DNA of 61,810 nt, filler included, from Globobulimina sp. (GCA_003354225.1; 12 parts of 12 records of this genome joined end to end with filler, not necessarily neighbours in it); one strand, 5' to 3'. Shown: positions 22,824 to 35,785, counted from the whole stretch's first letter. Numbers and translations are program-made. Notes: generated from the letters alone by a model not told the origin.

Positions 22824-25716
22824 TTACCGACCATAACCATAAACGTTACCACTTCCACGATTATCGCATTTATTTGAAATGTGTTTATCAACAACAAAGC
22901 AAAAACGACACATATGATGCCAATCACATCGATCATGTCCGTTGCTGTAATAACATCTGCCCTTTTCATGATAATTACATATATATTGTACTAATTCGGG
23001 TCCACCATACAATACTCCATTCTTTACATGATAACAATTCATCTTTGCAGTGTTGACCTCTTTTCTACCACCTTGATAACCATTGTTTTGTTGATTGCCG
23101 TGTTGATTCTCATTGGGTTTATGTCTTTTGAATGGTCTTTGATTTCCATTATAATCGCTTTGTTGTTGTTGATGATTGGAAGGTTGATACATGTGATTAT
23201 AACGAGATGGGTTATAATCACCTTGTTGATTATTGTAATTGCCATAATTTGAGTTGTTATTATTCTGATTATGTTGTTGATTGCCTCTATAATTGCCACG
23301 GCCACGGCCTCTTGGATGACCTCGTTGATTTCCTCTGTAATTTCGTTGATATCCGCCACGATAATTGTTGCCGTCAGATCGATCTCTTTGGTGATATCCA
23401 CCTCTTCGTGAATAGCGACCGCGTCCTCGACCTCGCCAACCACCTCGTTGTCGTCGCGGAATGTATGTGGTCTGAATAGGTTGTACATTTTGGATTGGTT
23501 GCGCTGTTTGTGTCGGTTGCGATAATTTGATACTCGCATTGTACGTTCTTGTCTCAATGCTATGTTTGTGTTCATGTGAAATAATCGATAGTTTCCACTC
23601 ATTGAACGTGTGGCGATCACCCAAATTCTCGCCAGCACTCACTCCACGCTCTAAAACCAATTTCCTTCTCTTTAATAAGAAGTGATTGAAAGCCTTCAAT
23701 CCTTCGTTACCAATCAAGCTCGAACTTAATTCATTTTGTACATACTTTGCTAATTTCATCCATTGTAAACCTGCCGCGGTTAAATAAGCGCTTTGAACCA
23801 ATGTTTCTAATTTAATTCCTTTATTACGATGAATATCGGCTAATTCTGTGATCGTTGTTGAAATCATCATAATTACTTTGTACGTCGCGTTATGTTCTTG
23901 TTTAAATGTCTTGATTGCTGAGTCAATATTTGTATGATTCTGCGACCAGTTTATATCTCCCGTTAATGCCAAATATCGTAATATATCGTTTAACGATGCA
24001 CCGCCTGTTGTACATAGACGGTAATAACCAATTTTAGCCGAAATACGTTTTTTCTTTGATACATTGCCATTGATCTCATTGCTTAAATCGTTTTGATCCT
24101 TTTGATATTCCATAAAATCATAGTAATCTAAAATAAGGGGAGTTGTTCAGGGATGGGTATAATATATTTTATTATGAGTTATATTTGAAATAAGTCTGAA
24201 CTATTAAAGTTACAACAGACTAAACACCGTAAAATACACGTTACGGATTAACAAAAATCGGGTTACTGAAAAAACGGATTACTTAGAAAGTAAACAAACT
24301 GTGCACACCGAGACCGTTTTTATGCATTAAATCAACACATTACAAAGACATGAAATACAAACAGAGTTAAAGCAAATACATACTCTTCATGATCGATGTA
24401 CGAATATCGTTGTCAGTAACATGGTTACCACCATATTTTTGCATTAAATCTGTAAAATGTACACTTTCGTCCTCATTATCAATGCCTGGATGCATAAAAG
24501 TTAAGCCATCCACTAATGCGGCTTTATTCTTCTCCTTTAAGTCGTCATTGACACTTTGTTGGATATTCTTGGCATTTTGAACCATTTCTTGATTAAATTG
24601 GTCATTCTCAATGTTCACATTCAAGTTGCGATCGATAGTCCGACGAGTCCGAATATTCACGGCCAAATGACGTTGTTTGTTGCGACTATTTAACTGATCT
24701 AATAATGAGGGTTTTGAACCAGTGAATCTATTCTTGCCTCCTGCACCGACGCCGTTGTTGCTAATATTGCTCAAATTGTTAAGCCACGCATTGTCCGCAT
24801 TGTCGTCCGTTTTCTTTTCTTCTTCAATGACTTCAACGGATTTCTCTTTAGTGTTTGTGTTGTGATTATTATTTGAATTATTATTTGAATTATTATGTGG
24901 CAAATTGTTTAATATCTTTTCTTTGTATAATTCGAATTCTTCGCTCCTTGTCAAGGGATTAATTAATTCGCGAATGACTTCTGTTAAATTTGCGAAATCA
25001 GGTTTAAAATTTGCCGATTTATAAGAAACCGTTGTTTCTGTTAAGCCAAAATAATAATATAATTTCGCTTTGGGGGTGTTTTTAAATCGAATATTAGTTT
25101 GATCATTAATAAATTGATTGAATTGATTAATTATTGTACTCCACACAATTTTGGCAAATTCAGCGTATTGTTTAACTTGTTCTGGATCATAATTTGAGGG
25201 AGTTCCACGTGCCGAAATAAGGATATTCTCCATAACTTGCAATGTGGCAAAATCTTGCTCTTGGAAATATTCAATAAGCGTTGCGGCAATGATACTAATA
25301 GCCTGCGATTTAATTCTCTTTACGAGCATCCATTTAAAATCATCCGTTGAGTCCGGGAATGCGCGGTCATTCGCATCTGTTGACGCCCAAAGAGGGTCAC
25401 TTCGATCCTTGATAACTAATTGATTGCTGCATAATAATCGTAATCGCTTGAAGGCTGCTACAGAATTGTCTACTTTGCCAATGGTATAACCAGATTCAGT
25501 GCCCTTTGAGGCATCTGATGTATCTTTCGCCCTTTCATGAAAAATAAATTTGAATCCTAAATTGATTGAATCATATTCATCGATTAATGTCTTATCAATA
25601 GTTGCATACGGTTCATATGCTGATTCTTCGTATACTGGTTGCGATAAATTGATTATTCTCGTTGCTGTTGCTAATTTAATATTAACTCCACTGAGGGCTT
25701 TGCTGACGTCGAAGCT
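22824..25716 (-). CDS. gag: Large Gag-like protein (>=878 aa), two predicted exons (25716-24384, 24127-22824)
   Basis: Frame is open from the contig edge. An A|GTATGT...TTTTAG intron (24383-24128) gives IMK-N-YYDFMEYQ. RG/N/Q-rich tract; C-terminal CNYHEKGRC...C..HHMCRFC.....H....C. Confidence 0.75.
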
Positions 25717-26041
25717 NNNNNNNNNNNNNNNNNNNNNNNNNNNNNNNNNNNNNNNNNNNNTTAATTAATTAANNNNNNNNNNNNNNNNNNNNNNNNNNNN
25801 NNNNNNNNNNNNNNNNGTCAATATGTAGTATTTGTGGATATATTATATGTCAGAATGTTGAAGAGGAGTTAGAGGTCCAAGAGGAGCAGTGAGATTGTTC
25901 CAAATGGAAGACGACATGTGTAGCTGCCAGTGGTAATATATTTAATTTTTTATTGCTTAAGTCCTTGATGCTACAAGTCTTCTCAACAGCATTTATCCAT
26001 TAACAAACAAACAAACAACCGCTTACTCTCATCATCACACA

Positions 26042-29000
26042 ATGTCACTATTTGGAATAAAAAAAAAGAAAAAAAAATGGGACAAAGAGTTGGAAGGATT
26101 AGAGAGGTTTGGCTACAAAAATAAGCAACAAAATAAAACAATGCTAGAGAAATACAAAGGTGACACTAATCTTATAATTGAAAAATATCAACAAGTTATA
26201 TCCATCATCCTTGCACTGTTTCTACATATAAAAAACATACGCATTCTATACGCAAACATAGGCAGAAAACCAAGCTGCGCGCTTTGCAGAGTCCATGTCT
26301 GTGGCGGCACAGCACAGCCACACCAAACAACAAAACCAAGAACCACCGCTATTACATTCACCTCAGCTGCCACACCACAGCAAATTCAACAAAAACGAAT
26401 TCAACAAACATGTACAAGACATTGATCCCTCTCTAAAACCATCAATGACCAAACTATCGCACTTATCCAACACACCTGAACCACCCACACATAAAAAACA
26501 TCCATTGAGCACATTATTCGATAACGACAACGATTATAAACAACCACAACAACCACAACAGCCACATATAAGTCGCAGTGGCAGTACCTTACGCCGCGAG
26601 GACAAATCCGCCATATTTGCCTCCAGCAGCAACTTATTGGACGACGATTATTGGTGCAATCAGTTAGACAGTGTATTGCGTGAGAAAGTCATTGATTACA
26701 TCGACGACCATCACATCACAGACTTGATACAGTTATTAGCCATTATGAAGGCGAAAAAACCGCAAAGTCAGATGCGAATTCGTAGGGTCTTCAATGAGCT
26801 GAAATGGGTCAGAAACGACCTCACACCAAACACGCAAAAACACAAAAAAATCATCAACGGACACGAGCAAAAAGAAGAATATTCGTTAGACGACGAAACG
26901 TATGACACCGAACACAAAAAAAACAGCAAAAGCAAACCGCAAATCGCACCCAAACGCATTGACAAACGCGGTCAAGAATGGCTGCAATCGGAGCCATATC
27001 GCAAACTGAAAACGTTATCCACGCAAATACTGGGCGCAAAGCTCAAAACTGGCAATCGATTCAAAAACAAAACGGAACTCCGCGCAGAAGCCAGCAACGA
27101 AAGTTGTGTCAATATATTTCAGTGTATCTGCATGCATCGGATCGAAGCGGTGTTGCTGATCTGTCACAGTTTGAAGCAAAGCAAGCTGTTCACACAGATC
27201 TCCATTGCCGCATTGATATCGTTTCTGGATATTTACGGTTATCAGCAGTTACTGGAAGATTTCCAACATTTGCAAATTGTGCACGCACAGTGCGACCGCG
27301 TTGCTTTTCGAAAACTGTGCGAGAAGTTCGAGCGACAGTACCCGTGCGATATCGACAACTGCGTCATCTTCGAGCGACATTACCGCGATCGCAGTCAAGT
27401 GGAGCAGTCCAAAAATATGTACTTTTACCAGACGGGCGAGGATAAGACGACGCATATCCAGAATAATAAGGATGTGGTGTTCCAGCAGCATTGCGATAAG
27501 ATCCATTCGTATTTATTGCATTCTATGCTCAAGTTCGACGCCAACGGCGAGCGGTTTGAGAGTGTGGATGCCATCAAACGGCGCAACGAGCTGAACAAAT
27601 ATGCGCAAGGCCGGAGCTTCAGCAGTAATAACAAAGGATATAGGAACCATTTGAAGCGGAAGAAGAAGTCGGAGCGCTTTATCATGAAACGGTGCAGTGA
27701 GATTGCCATCAAATGCGACGACTACAAGTTGGGACTGCCTCTGCCTGTGTCGTATGAGCAGGTCGAGGCTGCCGAGGAGCAGACTGGGTGCGGTGGAGGT
27801 GGCGCGTTAATGATGTCTGTGACAGCGAGCATTGACGTGTATGACAACGAGGATATGAGTGGGTCTCTGCAGACAGCGGAGTGTGAGGAGGATGTGGATG
27901 GGAGCAGTGGCAGTGTGGCGAGCCAGTATTCGGAGAGCGACGAAGAGTATAAGTTGTATCCGGGCATCGAGGAAGATGTGGAATGGACGAATAAAATCGC
28001 GAAAATCGCAACTGACGCACATACGAATGACCATTTGATCTATGCGCTGTTGGTGGAGCATATGGGCATATTTCGGTGGCAGGCATTGCACGGATTTCAT
28101 TACGATCAGTACCGGGCAATGGATAGCATACGGCCCACGTTCAAGAATATAAAACAAGTTAAGTGTGCACACACAGATTGGTGCTATGTACAGAAACAGT
28201 GCTTTTATAGGAAGTGCTGCTCAACGACTTCCATCAAATCACCAACGAGAATTGGAACCAAACGCTGCGAAAAGCAAAGGCGTTCCATCAGTCGTGGGCC
28301 GGGAAGAGAATCCGCACGAAACAGGAGGGCCAATACGAAGATATGGTGAGTAATACGGTGGTGCGCTGGGATAAAAACGAAGCAATCGCAGTGAAAGAAG
28401 TGCTTACACTCAAATTGTACACAGATTTCGATCAGTTACAGTTTGAATTGAAGAAATGTTTCAGATTCGAACAATACGGCTCGTTGGTGAGTGATATAAA
28501 TGACGATGACGACTTATTGTACGCAGAGGAGCAACAAAGCATAAATACGGTGGGGAATCGGGACGAAATCGCAAAGAAAGTCTTGGAAAAGAGATTAATG
28601 AATTTCTACCATTGGCGAATGTCGTTGCAAATTACGCTAAAAAAGTTTGGTAAACCCATCCAAGGCATGGATTTGTACCACGGCGTCAACGAGAAAATGA
28701 TATTGTATCCGCATGCTACCACGCAAGCGTTCCATGGGCCGTTGTCCACCACGGCCTCGTTCCATGTCGCAAAGACATTCGCCACGGACAAAGGTGTGTG
28801 TGTACACTCAATTAAAATGAAGCTGCCATGTTTTTACTGTACTTTGCATGATGTTTTTATTTACTTTACTTCACTCAAAGGCATGGTGCTTAAAATCAGC
28901 TCCAGTTACCCGAGACTGTACCATTGCCGCGCCTTCGACGCCTCGCTGTTGTCAGACTACCCGGAAGAGCAAGAATGGTTAGTTGGATTTGTGTATACTC

Positions 29001-29866
29001 GCATTCGCAAAGTGCACACCAAGGAAAAATGGGACATTGTGGCATTACCCACCTCGACGCAATTGCGCTTCTCCTTTTTTGTGATACATTTATTTAAGTT
29101 GCAGGCCTTTTCTTTGTCGGAGGATTTGGCGGAAATATTATCCTTTCTGTTGGAAGAATATTTGTCTTCGAAATTGGAGCTAAATGCACACAAAGTGTAC
29201 AATACCAAAGCAATGAGAGATTTGTGTCCGAATAACGAGGTTCTGAATGCGACCAAAAACGGACACAAACGTTTTTGGAAGAAATTGATGAAACGGTATT
29301 ATAAAGAAAAGAAAAGTACAAAATGGAGCATGAGCAATGTGGAGAAGATCAATTGCCGCATTATGTCAGTGTTGATATCGAAATTTAAATCGTTTGCGCA
29401 CGAACCGAAAATCATACGTTTTGACGACATTTCGTATAATTTGCGACATCATTTTATGAACAAAGTGGCTCAGTCGGTACAAAGCGGGAAGAATATTTAT
29501 CGCATTTCGTTTAAAAAAATACAAAAGATCTTCGTAAATGTGGAGGAAATCTATCTGCAGAATCATTACAAATTAGATAATGAATTATTGCAACAGATTA
29601 TCGATTTTTTGTTGATGATGGATTGTAAAGGAAATAGGAACAAAGATAAAATAAAGCAAATTAAGTTTTTGTACTATGATTACAAAGGAAATTTAGAGGA
29701 GAAAAGGAACAAAGATAAGTATTTTCCGACTGTATTGCTGTCGAAACAACTGTTGAATAAATTGAATAAAGTGATCGGATGGCAAATTATTGAAAAGCAT
29801 CAATATAAAAGAAATACGGAGTTGGTGTATGGAGTTGGAATTAGACTTAAACCGATTGTGAATTAA
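26042..29866 (+). CDS. Multi-exon protein: UBA-like N-terminus, Cys/His module and ART-like domain
   Basis: WDKELEGLERFGYKN...LLEKYKGD-type UBA-like start; CDIDNCVIFERHYR, CDKIHSYLLHS; LYTDFDQLQ, LYHGVN, GPLSTT, SDYPEEQEWLVG. Three GT-AG introns (~26195-26265, ~28158-28210, ~28794-28880) restore the frame. Confidence 0.75.
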
Positions 29867-30168
29867 AAAAAAATAAATGTTTTTTCTGTTTTTGATTGTA
29901 TTATAATGTGTGTTTATAAATGTTATAGCGACGGAGTACCCGTTTTTTTTTAGGTTCTATATCGACACAAAATATAATAATATCCTTGTTATTCTTCTTT
30001 GTTTGTTTTGTGATTTGGATTTTTTGTGTTTTGAAGATTTTATGAGTTGTTTTTCAACGTTTCGTTTGCTTCACGGCTACCATCCTTGCGGCCTGATACA
30101 TAAAACTGCCGACAGAAAGAAAAAATACCAGTTTAATATTGCAATCATCCACAATTTCCTTCCAAAAT

Positions 30169-30512
30169 AATTGGTCGCCGAAATTAAACTGATGATGGTC
30201 TGATGGTGGATCAGATTTATATATCGCCACTGATTGAAGCCACTGCATATCCGAAGTACAGTATCATTACATAGATCAATACAAAAACAAAAACCAAAGC
30301 CACACAACGACGGCGTATTAGATATGTATGACAGGATTAATTTATTATACATCCGAGATATGTGTTTTTGTTTAATTGTTTTTTTATGATCGCCTAATCA
30401 TTTAATGCAACAATACCAATCACTGAGGATCGATGTAATGATACTTTGAAGTACGTGCCATCAGTGGTGATATATGAATATGATCCACGCTCTGCAGGTT
30501 TGGCGATCAATT
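30169..30512. repeat. Foldback/MITE-like long imperfect inverted repeat
   Basis: AATTGGTCGCC pairs with GGCGATCAATT at the ends; arm 30206-30277 (GTGGATCA.ATT.ATATATC.CCACTGAT...AGTATCATTACAT.GATC) is mirrored at 30428-30488. Confidence 0.7.
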
Positions 30513-30630
30513 TGCAGTGACTAATAATCTGCTTTCCTCACTATATAAATGCTATAAAAAAACAATTTAAGTTCTATTTAGTATTATTACTCGATCATTC
30601 ATTTGGCCACGAATTAACTCGTACGCTCTG

Positions 30631-30876
30631 ATGGCGACTCATCATCAACACGCAAATCATAATCAATCTGTGCATACAAGCATTGATTTTAATTTCTTTT
30701 TAAACGACGAAATAAATGACAGTAATAACTGCGCAGTGAATGAATGCAAAGCGGTTCAAAGAGTGACGAAAGCATTAAAATATTATGAAAGCTTAAATAA
30801 CACAAAAAATGAGAACAGTAACGGACAGGCAATATTCAGTCAATTTTTAATGCAAATTTATAAACATTATTTAGAT
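30631..30876 (+). CDS. N-terminal fragment of another Cys/His-module family member
   Basis: CAVNECKAVQRVTKALKYY resembles the first CxxxxC helix of the ART-like genes; truncated by the linker. Confidence 0.5.
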
Positions 30877-31174
30877 NNNNNNNNNNNNNNNNNNNNNNNN
30901 NNNNNNNNNNNNNNNNNNNNTTAATTAATTAANNNNNNNNNNNNNNNNNNNNNNNNNNNNNNNNNNNNNNNNNNNNTTTTAATTAAAAATCTAATTAATA
31001 CATTTTTGATGTACTTTGAAACATTAAAGTGACAAACAACGATAAACAACGCGCGACAAACAACGCGACAAACAACGCCATAATACTGTGATCGTCGAAA
31101 ACTTACTTCTAAACTTTAAACAGCACGCGCACAATCTTGTAATCAGCTGAATTTTCAAATTGTAATCAGAGGAA

Positions 31175-32569
31175 ATGTGTTCAAAATTGTGTGATAATGA
31201 AAAGGAACAAATCAAGATTGAATGGAAACGATTAAAATTTGCAGATAGTAACCCCGCACCAAGTCCGCGTAGTGGCCATGTTTCAGCGTTTATTAATAAC
31301 CAAATGATTATCTTTGGTGGTCATTGTAAGCAGAAACTAAATGATCAAATTATTTTCATTGTAAACATAGACGTTGATAATATTAATAAGAATCAAGCAT
31401 TGGAAGTAACGCCGATATCATCATTGGAAAAGATTACATCAACGTACCGTGTGGGACATGCCGCAGTCATCTTATCCGATAATTGTTTGTATTTATTTGG
31501 TGGATGGAATGGTGAAATGTACACAAACCACGCACTGCGATTCCAGCCAAACTCATTAAAATTAGAAATTGAACAAAAAAGCAGAGATTGTGACAACAGA
31601 CCGCCAGCGCGAAGAGACCATACATTGCTTAAAATGAAAGGAATAAATGGATGTCATTTATTATTATTTGGTGGTTGGTCGCATTCATTGTGTGGTGGCG
31701 AAGGCAATCAATTGTGGTTTCGAGATTATTCATCGGATTTATTAGCCTCGAATTCGAAATGGCAATGTATTACAAATGTGGTTGGTACGCCTCCATGTCC
31801 CAGAAGAGGGCATACGGCGTCGGCTGTTGGCCATAATATGTATATTGTTGGTGGTTTGTATGGCTTTTCTAAATATTTGAATGATATCCATGTCTATAAT
31901 CTTAATGATAATCAATGGAAACAAATCGAGATTAATAATCCGGACAATAAGCCACAAAAAAGAGCGTGGCACACAGCTGCAGTCATCAATGATGAGACAC
32001 AAATATTAATATTTGGAGGTACTGGCGGTCGGACCGCTTTTTATAATGATATTTGGATCTTTGATATTATGGAAACGTATTGGTTTCAACTAAAAGTGCA
32101 ATGTAACACAAGTCCGGATCCATTTATACGGCCGAGATGTAGTCATAGTATGATTAAAATCTATGAGAAAAACAAACATTTAAAGTTTTTAATATTTGGT
32201 GGATTAATTCCGATTCAAAATGAGAAAGTAAGTGAAAGTACGGATGATTTTGATGACGCAGATTCAGCATCGACAGTAAGTAGCAAATCATGTAAAAAAT
32301 ATAACAATAATAATCAAGCAAGAAAAAGAAAATACGCAAAACAAAAAAGAAGGAAAAAAAATAAGAGGTATCACAGGAAGAAATCTAAAATTAAATCAAA
32401 ATATAGAAATCGCAAAGGCAGTGTTGACCATCACAACAATTCAATGCATACAACAGATCCAACAGATATTGATAATAAAAAGAAAGAAAAAAAAGAAGAT
32501 GATTGTTCAAGTACTGTAAATACAATAGAACTTAGTGATGATTTATTTTTATTGACTCTAACAATGTAG
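31175..32569 (+). CDS. Kelch-repeat beta-propeller protein
   Basis: Six PSPRSGH / RVGH / RRDH / RRGH / RAWH / RCSH ...(F/V)GG repeats; basic C-terminal tail. Confidence 0.9.
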   Translation: MCSKLCDNEKEQIKIEWKRLKFADSNPAPSPRSGHVSAFINNQMIIFGGHCKQKLNDQIIFIVNIDVDNINKNQALEVTPISSLEKITSTYRVGHAAVILSDNCLYLFGGWNGEMYTNHALRFQPNSLKLEIEQKSRDCDNRPPARRDHTLLKMKGINGCHLLLFGGWSHSLCGGEGNQLWFRDYSSDLLASNSKWQCITNVVGTPPCPRRGHTASAVGHNMYIVGGLYGFSKYLNDIHVYNLNDNQWKQIEINNPDNKPQKRAWHTAAVINDETQILIFGGTGGRTAFYNDIWIFDIMETYWFQLKVQCNTSPDPFIRPRCSHSMIKIYEKNKHLKFLIFGGLIPIQNEKVSESTDDFDDADSASTVSSKSCKKYNNNNQARKRKYAKQKRRKKNKRYHRKKSKIKSKYRNRKGSVDHHNNSMHTTDPTDIDNKKKEKKEDDCSSTVNTIELSDDLFLLTLTM

Positions 32570-32724
32570 ATCTTTTTTGTTTTACTTTTTCTCACAATAT
32601 TAATATTTTAGTTTTTTTATGATTAAGCACGCAACATTTTAGAAAGGTAATAACATTTTTACTTGAACAATTTTTGAAGTTTTATACTACCGAATTTGGT
32701 AAACGACGATCGAGTCTATTAAAA

Positions 32725-34970
32725 ATGAGTACCGCTGGGCAAAAACGCAAAAATCAAGATACCACAGAGGTTCTTTGTCTTTATTTTTATCTCATCAACA
32801 TACAAAAAACCAATTAAACGGTTTAGTTATCACCAAAACGTCGTCGATGTATGAGTCCACCACCACCGACGTCCGGGGAAACACCAAAACCTAAAATCAT
32901 TTATATTATTAAACGGAAATTGAGTCAAAAAGAACTGACAAATGAATTGGCAATCTCCCCTACAATGTCGCAAAAATTTGCTTTAACCGGTCACAACGTT
33001 GTTAATTTCGGCCGCGATCCATCAAAAAATAAATTAGTATTTGATTCAAACCGCCCCCTGACCTTTACACAAAAAGGAGTCACAAAACAAGTCAGAAATA
33101 ATGACCTGGTTTCTCGCCAAGTTTCGCAATTTCGCATTGATTGCTTGATAATATACAAAACTATACAACACAGCACGGCAAATTTATATTTCGTAATAAT
33201 TCGTGGTACATTTTCGATAAATCAACCAACGGAATAATCGTAAACAGCACTCGCATCCCGCCACTCACTGCACATCCATTGGACATTGGCGATGAAATAA
33301 TATTCGGTATAAATGTAACCGACACTGAATTCAAATATATATTCACCAGAAAATCCACGCCCCGCACATCTCATACTCATACACTGCGTACTCGATCTCC
33401 TGACACAGTCCGTCCGCCACAAACATGTCCAACGCCACGATTTGATACTAGCAATTCCTCACAATCGCAACCATCGCAATCCACAAATTCAATGTCTTTT
33501 GATGCAGAAAAAATGCAAAAAATGCTTGAAAATGCGACACAAACTATGTTGAGTCAACAACGAAAACAATTCGACGAAGCATTGAAAAAAAAAGATGCAG
33601 AAACGGACGCATTGCGTGAAGAGATACGACAGAAACAATTGAAAGAAATCCAAGCAAAAGAAGACGAAAACAGATTAAAACAACAAGAGTTACAAAAGAA
33701 AGCGGCTCAATTACAACAATCTCAGATCGAGACAGAGAAAAAGCGAAAAGAAAACGAGATGCAAATTGCATTGGAAAAGCAGAAAAACGCCGAACAAATT
33801 TCCAAACAAACTGCAGAGTTACAAAGGGAGAGAAAAGCAGAAAACGAGAAAACAAAAGAGAGAGAAAAGGAGAATAAGAAGAAATTGCAACAATTAATCG
33901 AACAGCAAAAAGAAATCGAAGCACGAGATAAGAAACAAAGGGAATTAAACCAAATTGAACAGCAAAAATGGCAGGAAAAACAAGCGAAATTATTGGAGGA
34001 TAAGAAGAAAATGGAAGAGAAAGAGAAGCAGATAAAAGAGAAAGAGGCCAAAGTCAAAGAAAACCTGCAACAAAAACAAAGTGCGATGGAGGAGGAGTGC
34101 GAGTGTTGTATTTGTTGCGATGTCATTGTTGGATCGAGATCGTTGCAATGCGGTCATACTGCATGTCACCAATGGTATGATATAATGATATATGTGCAAT
34201 TTGAGTGGAACTGAATGTATTTGCTATTTGTATACAGTTTGGATGGCTGGATGGCGGAATCAAAGACCTGTCCATCATGTCGCAGTCCGATAACACGGGA
34301 TCCGGTGCCTTGTATTATTGTGGATAATTTGATCGTTGATACGTATTTGAAAGAGAAGAGCATAGCGGATCGGGAGGAATATATGGGCAGAAAGCGAGAA
34401 TATGGGAAATGGAAAAAAAAGAAAGAGGAAGACAAGAAACGAGCAGAAGAAGAAAAAAAGAGAGCAGCTGCTGCCGCAATTAGATACAGTCCGAATAGAA
34501 ACAATAGAAATAACCGAAATAATAATTATAATGATCGAAGGCATGGTTTGTATTTGTTTGTGTGCGTTGATATAATATGTGAATGTGAATACTATTCTAA
34601 TTATTTAGGCGTTGGTAGTAATGTGAATGTAATGGGGATGGCTTTTATTAATAATACTTCATTAAATCATAATGTTTCTGTAAGTTCTGTTCATAGACAT
34701 CACCAATTGCAACATCAGCAACATAGACATATGGGAAACAATGTAAATCGTAATATTAATAATAACATAAATGTAATAAGAAGACATCGACCACCATCCA
34801 CATTGCCACTCATTCCAAATAACAATAATATGATTATAAGACATCATCCTAATGGAATACCAATATTCCAACCACAACAACCACCAATATTTCAACCACA
34901 ACAAAATGTTGCAAATAATAATAATAATAATGTGTATAATAGGAATAACCCATTTTTTAGGAGGATTTGA
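32725..34970 (+). CDS. FHA - coiled coil - RING E3 ubiquitin ligase (RNF8/CHFR-like), multi-exon
   Basis: FHA motifs FGR, VSR.H, STNG, GDEI.FG; RING CCIC...CGH.AC..|..W......CPSCR split by an intron near 34174-34238. Confidence 0.85.
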
Positions 34971-35339
34971 TTATCCTTAATTTATGAATATTGTTTTTGT
35001 TATTTATGTTTATTGCGATTCAAAATTGTTTTTCCCATTTTTGTGTACTATGTTGTAGTTTTGTTGGTATTTGTATTTGTATGAAATAAATAAATAAAAA
35101 TAAAAACAAAATAAACAGATAAACAGAACAAGAGTTACAAATCGTTATCGTGTAGATATTGATTTAAGTTTAACATCAGATGATGAGGAATAGACTGTTT
35201 GTTGAATGTAAATTATGTAATAATTGTTTGTTGTGTTATGTTTCTTTATTTACATCCTTGCACACAGTTGTAATTTTGGTTCATTTTCAGACATCGCGTT
35301 TCAAAGCACTCAAAATAGATAAAAATACGAAATATGGAT

Positions 35340-35410
35340 TACTGATGGTTTATAAGGGGTTGTTCTTATATTGCGCAATATAAGAACAACCCCTAAGTAC
35401 TGATGGTTTA
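35340..35410. repeat. Perfect 40-bp palindrome flanked by 13-bp direct repeats
   Basis: AGGGGTTGTTCTTATATTGC|GCAATATAAGAACAACCCCT at 35355-35394; TACTGATGGTTTA at 35340-35352 and 35398-35410. Confidence 0.9.
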
Positions 35411-35480
35411 CAATTGACTATGCTCAACTAAGTGATTTTCGAGACCGTTACATTTCATGTCTCCAATGTCTACACTTGTC

Positions 35481-35574
35481 TTTTAGATTGGCGATCCTAA
35501 ATATGATTTTTAGAGGGAATTTCGTATAAAAGTATCTACGACGAATCAAAAATCATATTTAGGACAATCTAAAA
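35481..35574. repeat. ~94-nt hairpin
   Basis: TTTTAGATTG/CAATCTAAAA (10 bp), a 4-nt bulge, TCCTAAATATGATTTTT/AAAAATCATATTTAGGA (17 bp) and an inner TTCGT/ACGAA. Confidence 0.85.
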
Positions 35575-35694
35575 TCGACTCGTCCCGATTTACTTTTTTC
35601 AAGAAACCACTTTTTTTGAAACAGTTCAAAAAGCAATGGATATGGACATAGAAGACGTGGAATGGATTTATGAAGGAATATGAACAGAAAAATA

Positions 35695-35785
35695 GCCACC
35701 TAGCTCAATTGGCAGAGCATTGGTTTGAAATACTTTGAATGGATTGCAAACCAAATGGATGTAGGTTCGAATCCTACTGTGATGG
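35695..35785 (+). tRNA. tRNA-Phe(GAA)-like gene or pseudogene with a putative 18-nt intron
   Basis: D arm GCTC-AATTGGCA-GAGC; anticodon stem TTGGT/ACCAA with TT-GAA-A and an insert at 35731-35748; T arm GTAGG-TTCGAAT-CCTAC. The acceptor stem pairs poorly. Confidence 0.55.

Larger units (their letters stand above)
20657..25716 (-). mobile_element. Second DIRS/Ngaro-like retroelement (gag + RT/RNase H), both ends truncated
   Basis: Gag with CCCH + CCHC fingers upstream of a DIRS-type RT/RNase H; a recombinase would lie beyond the contig end and is not seen. Confidence 0.8.
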
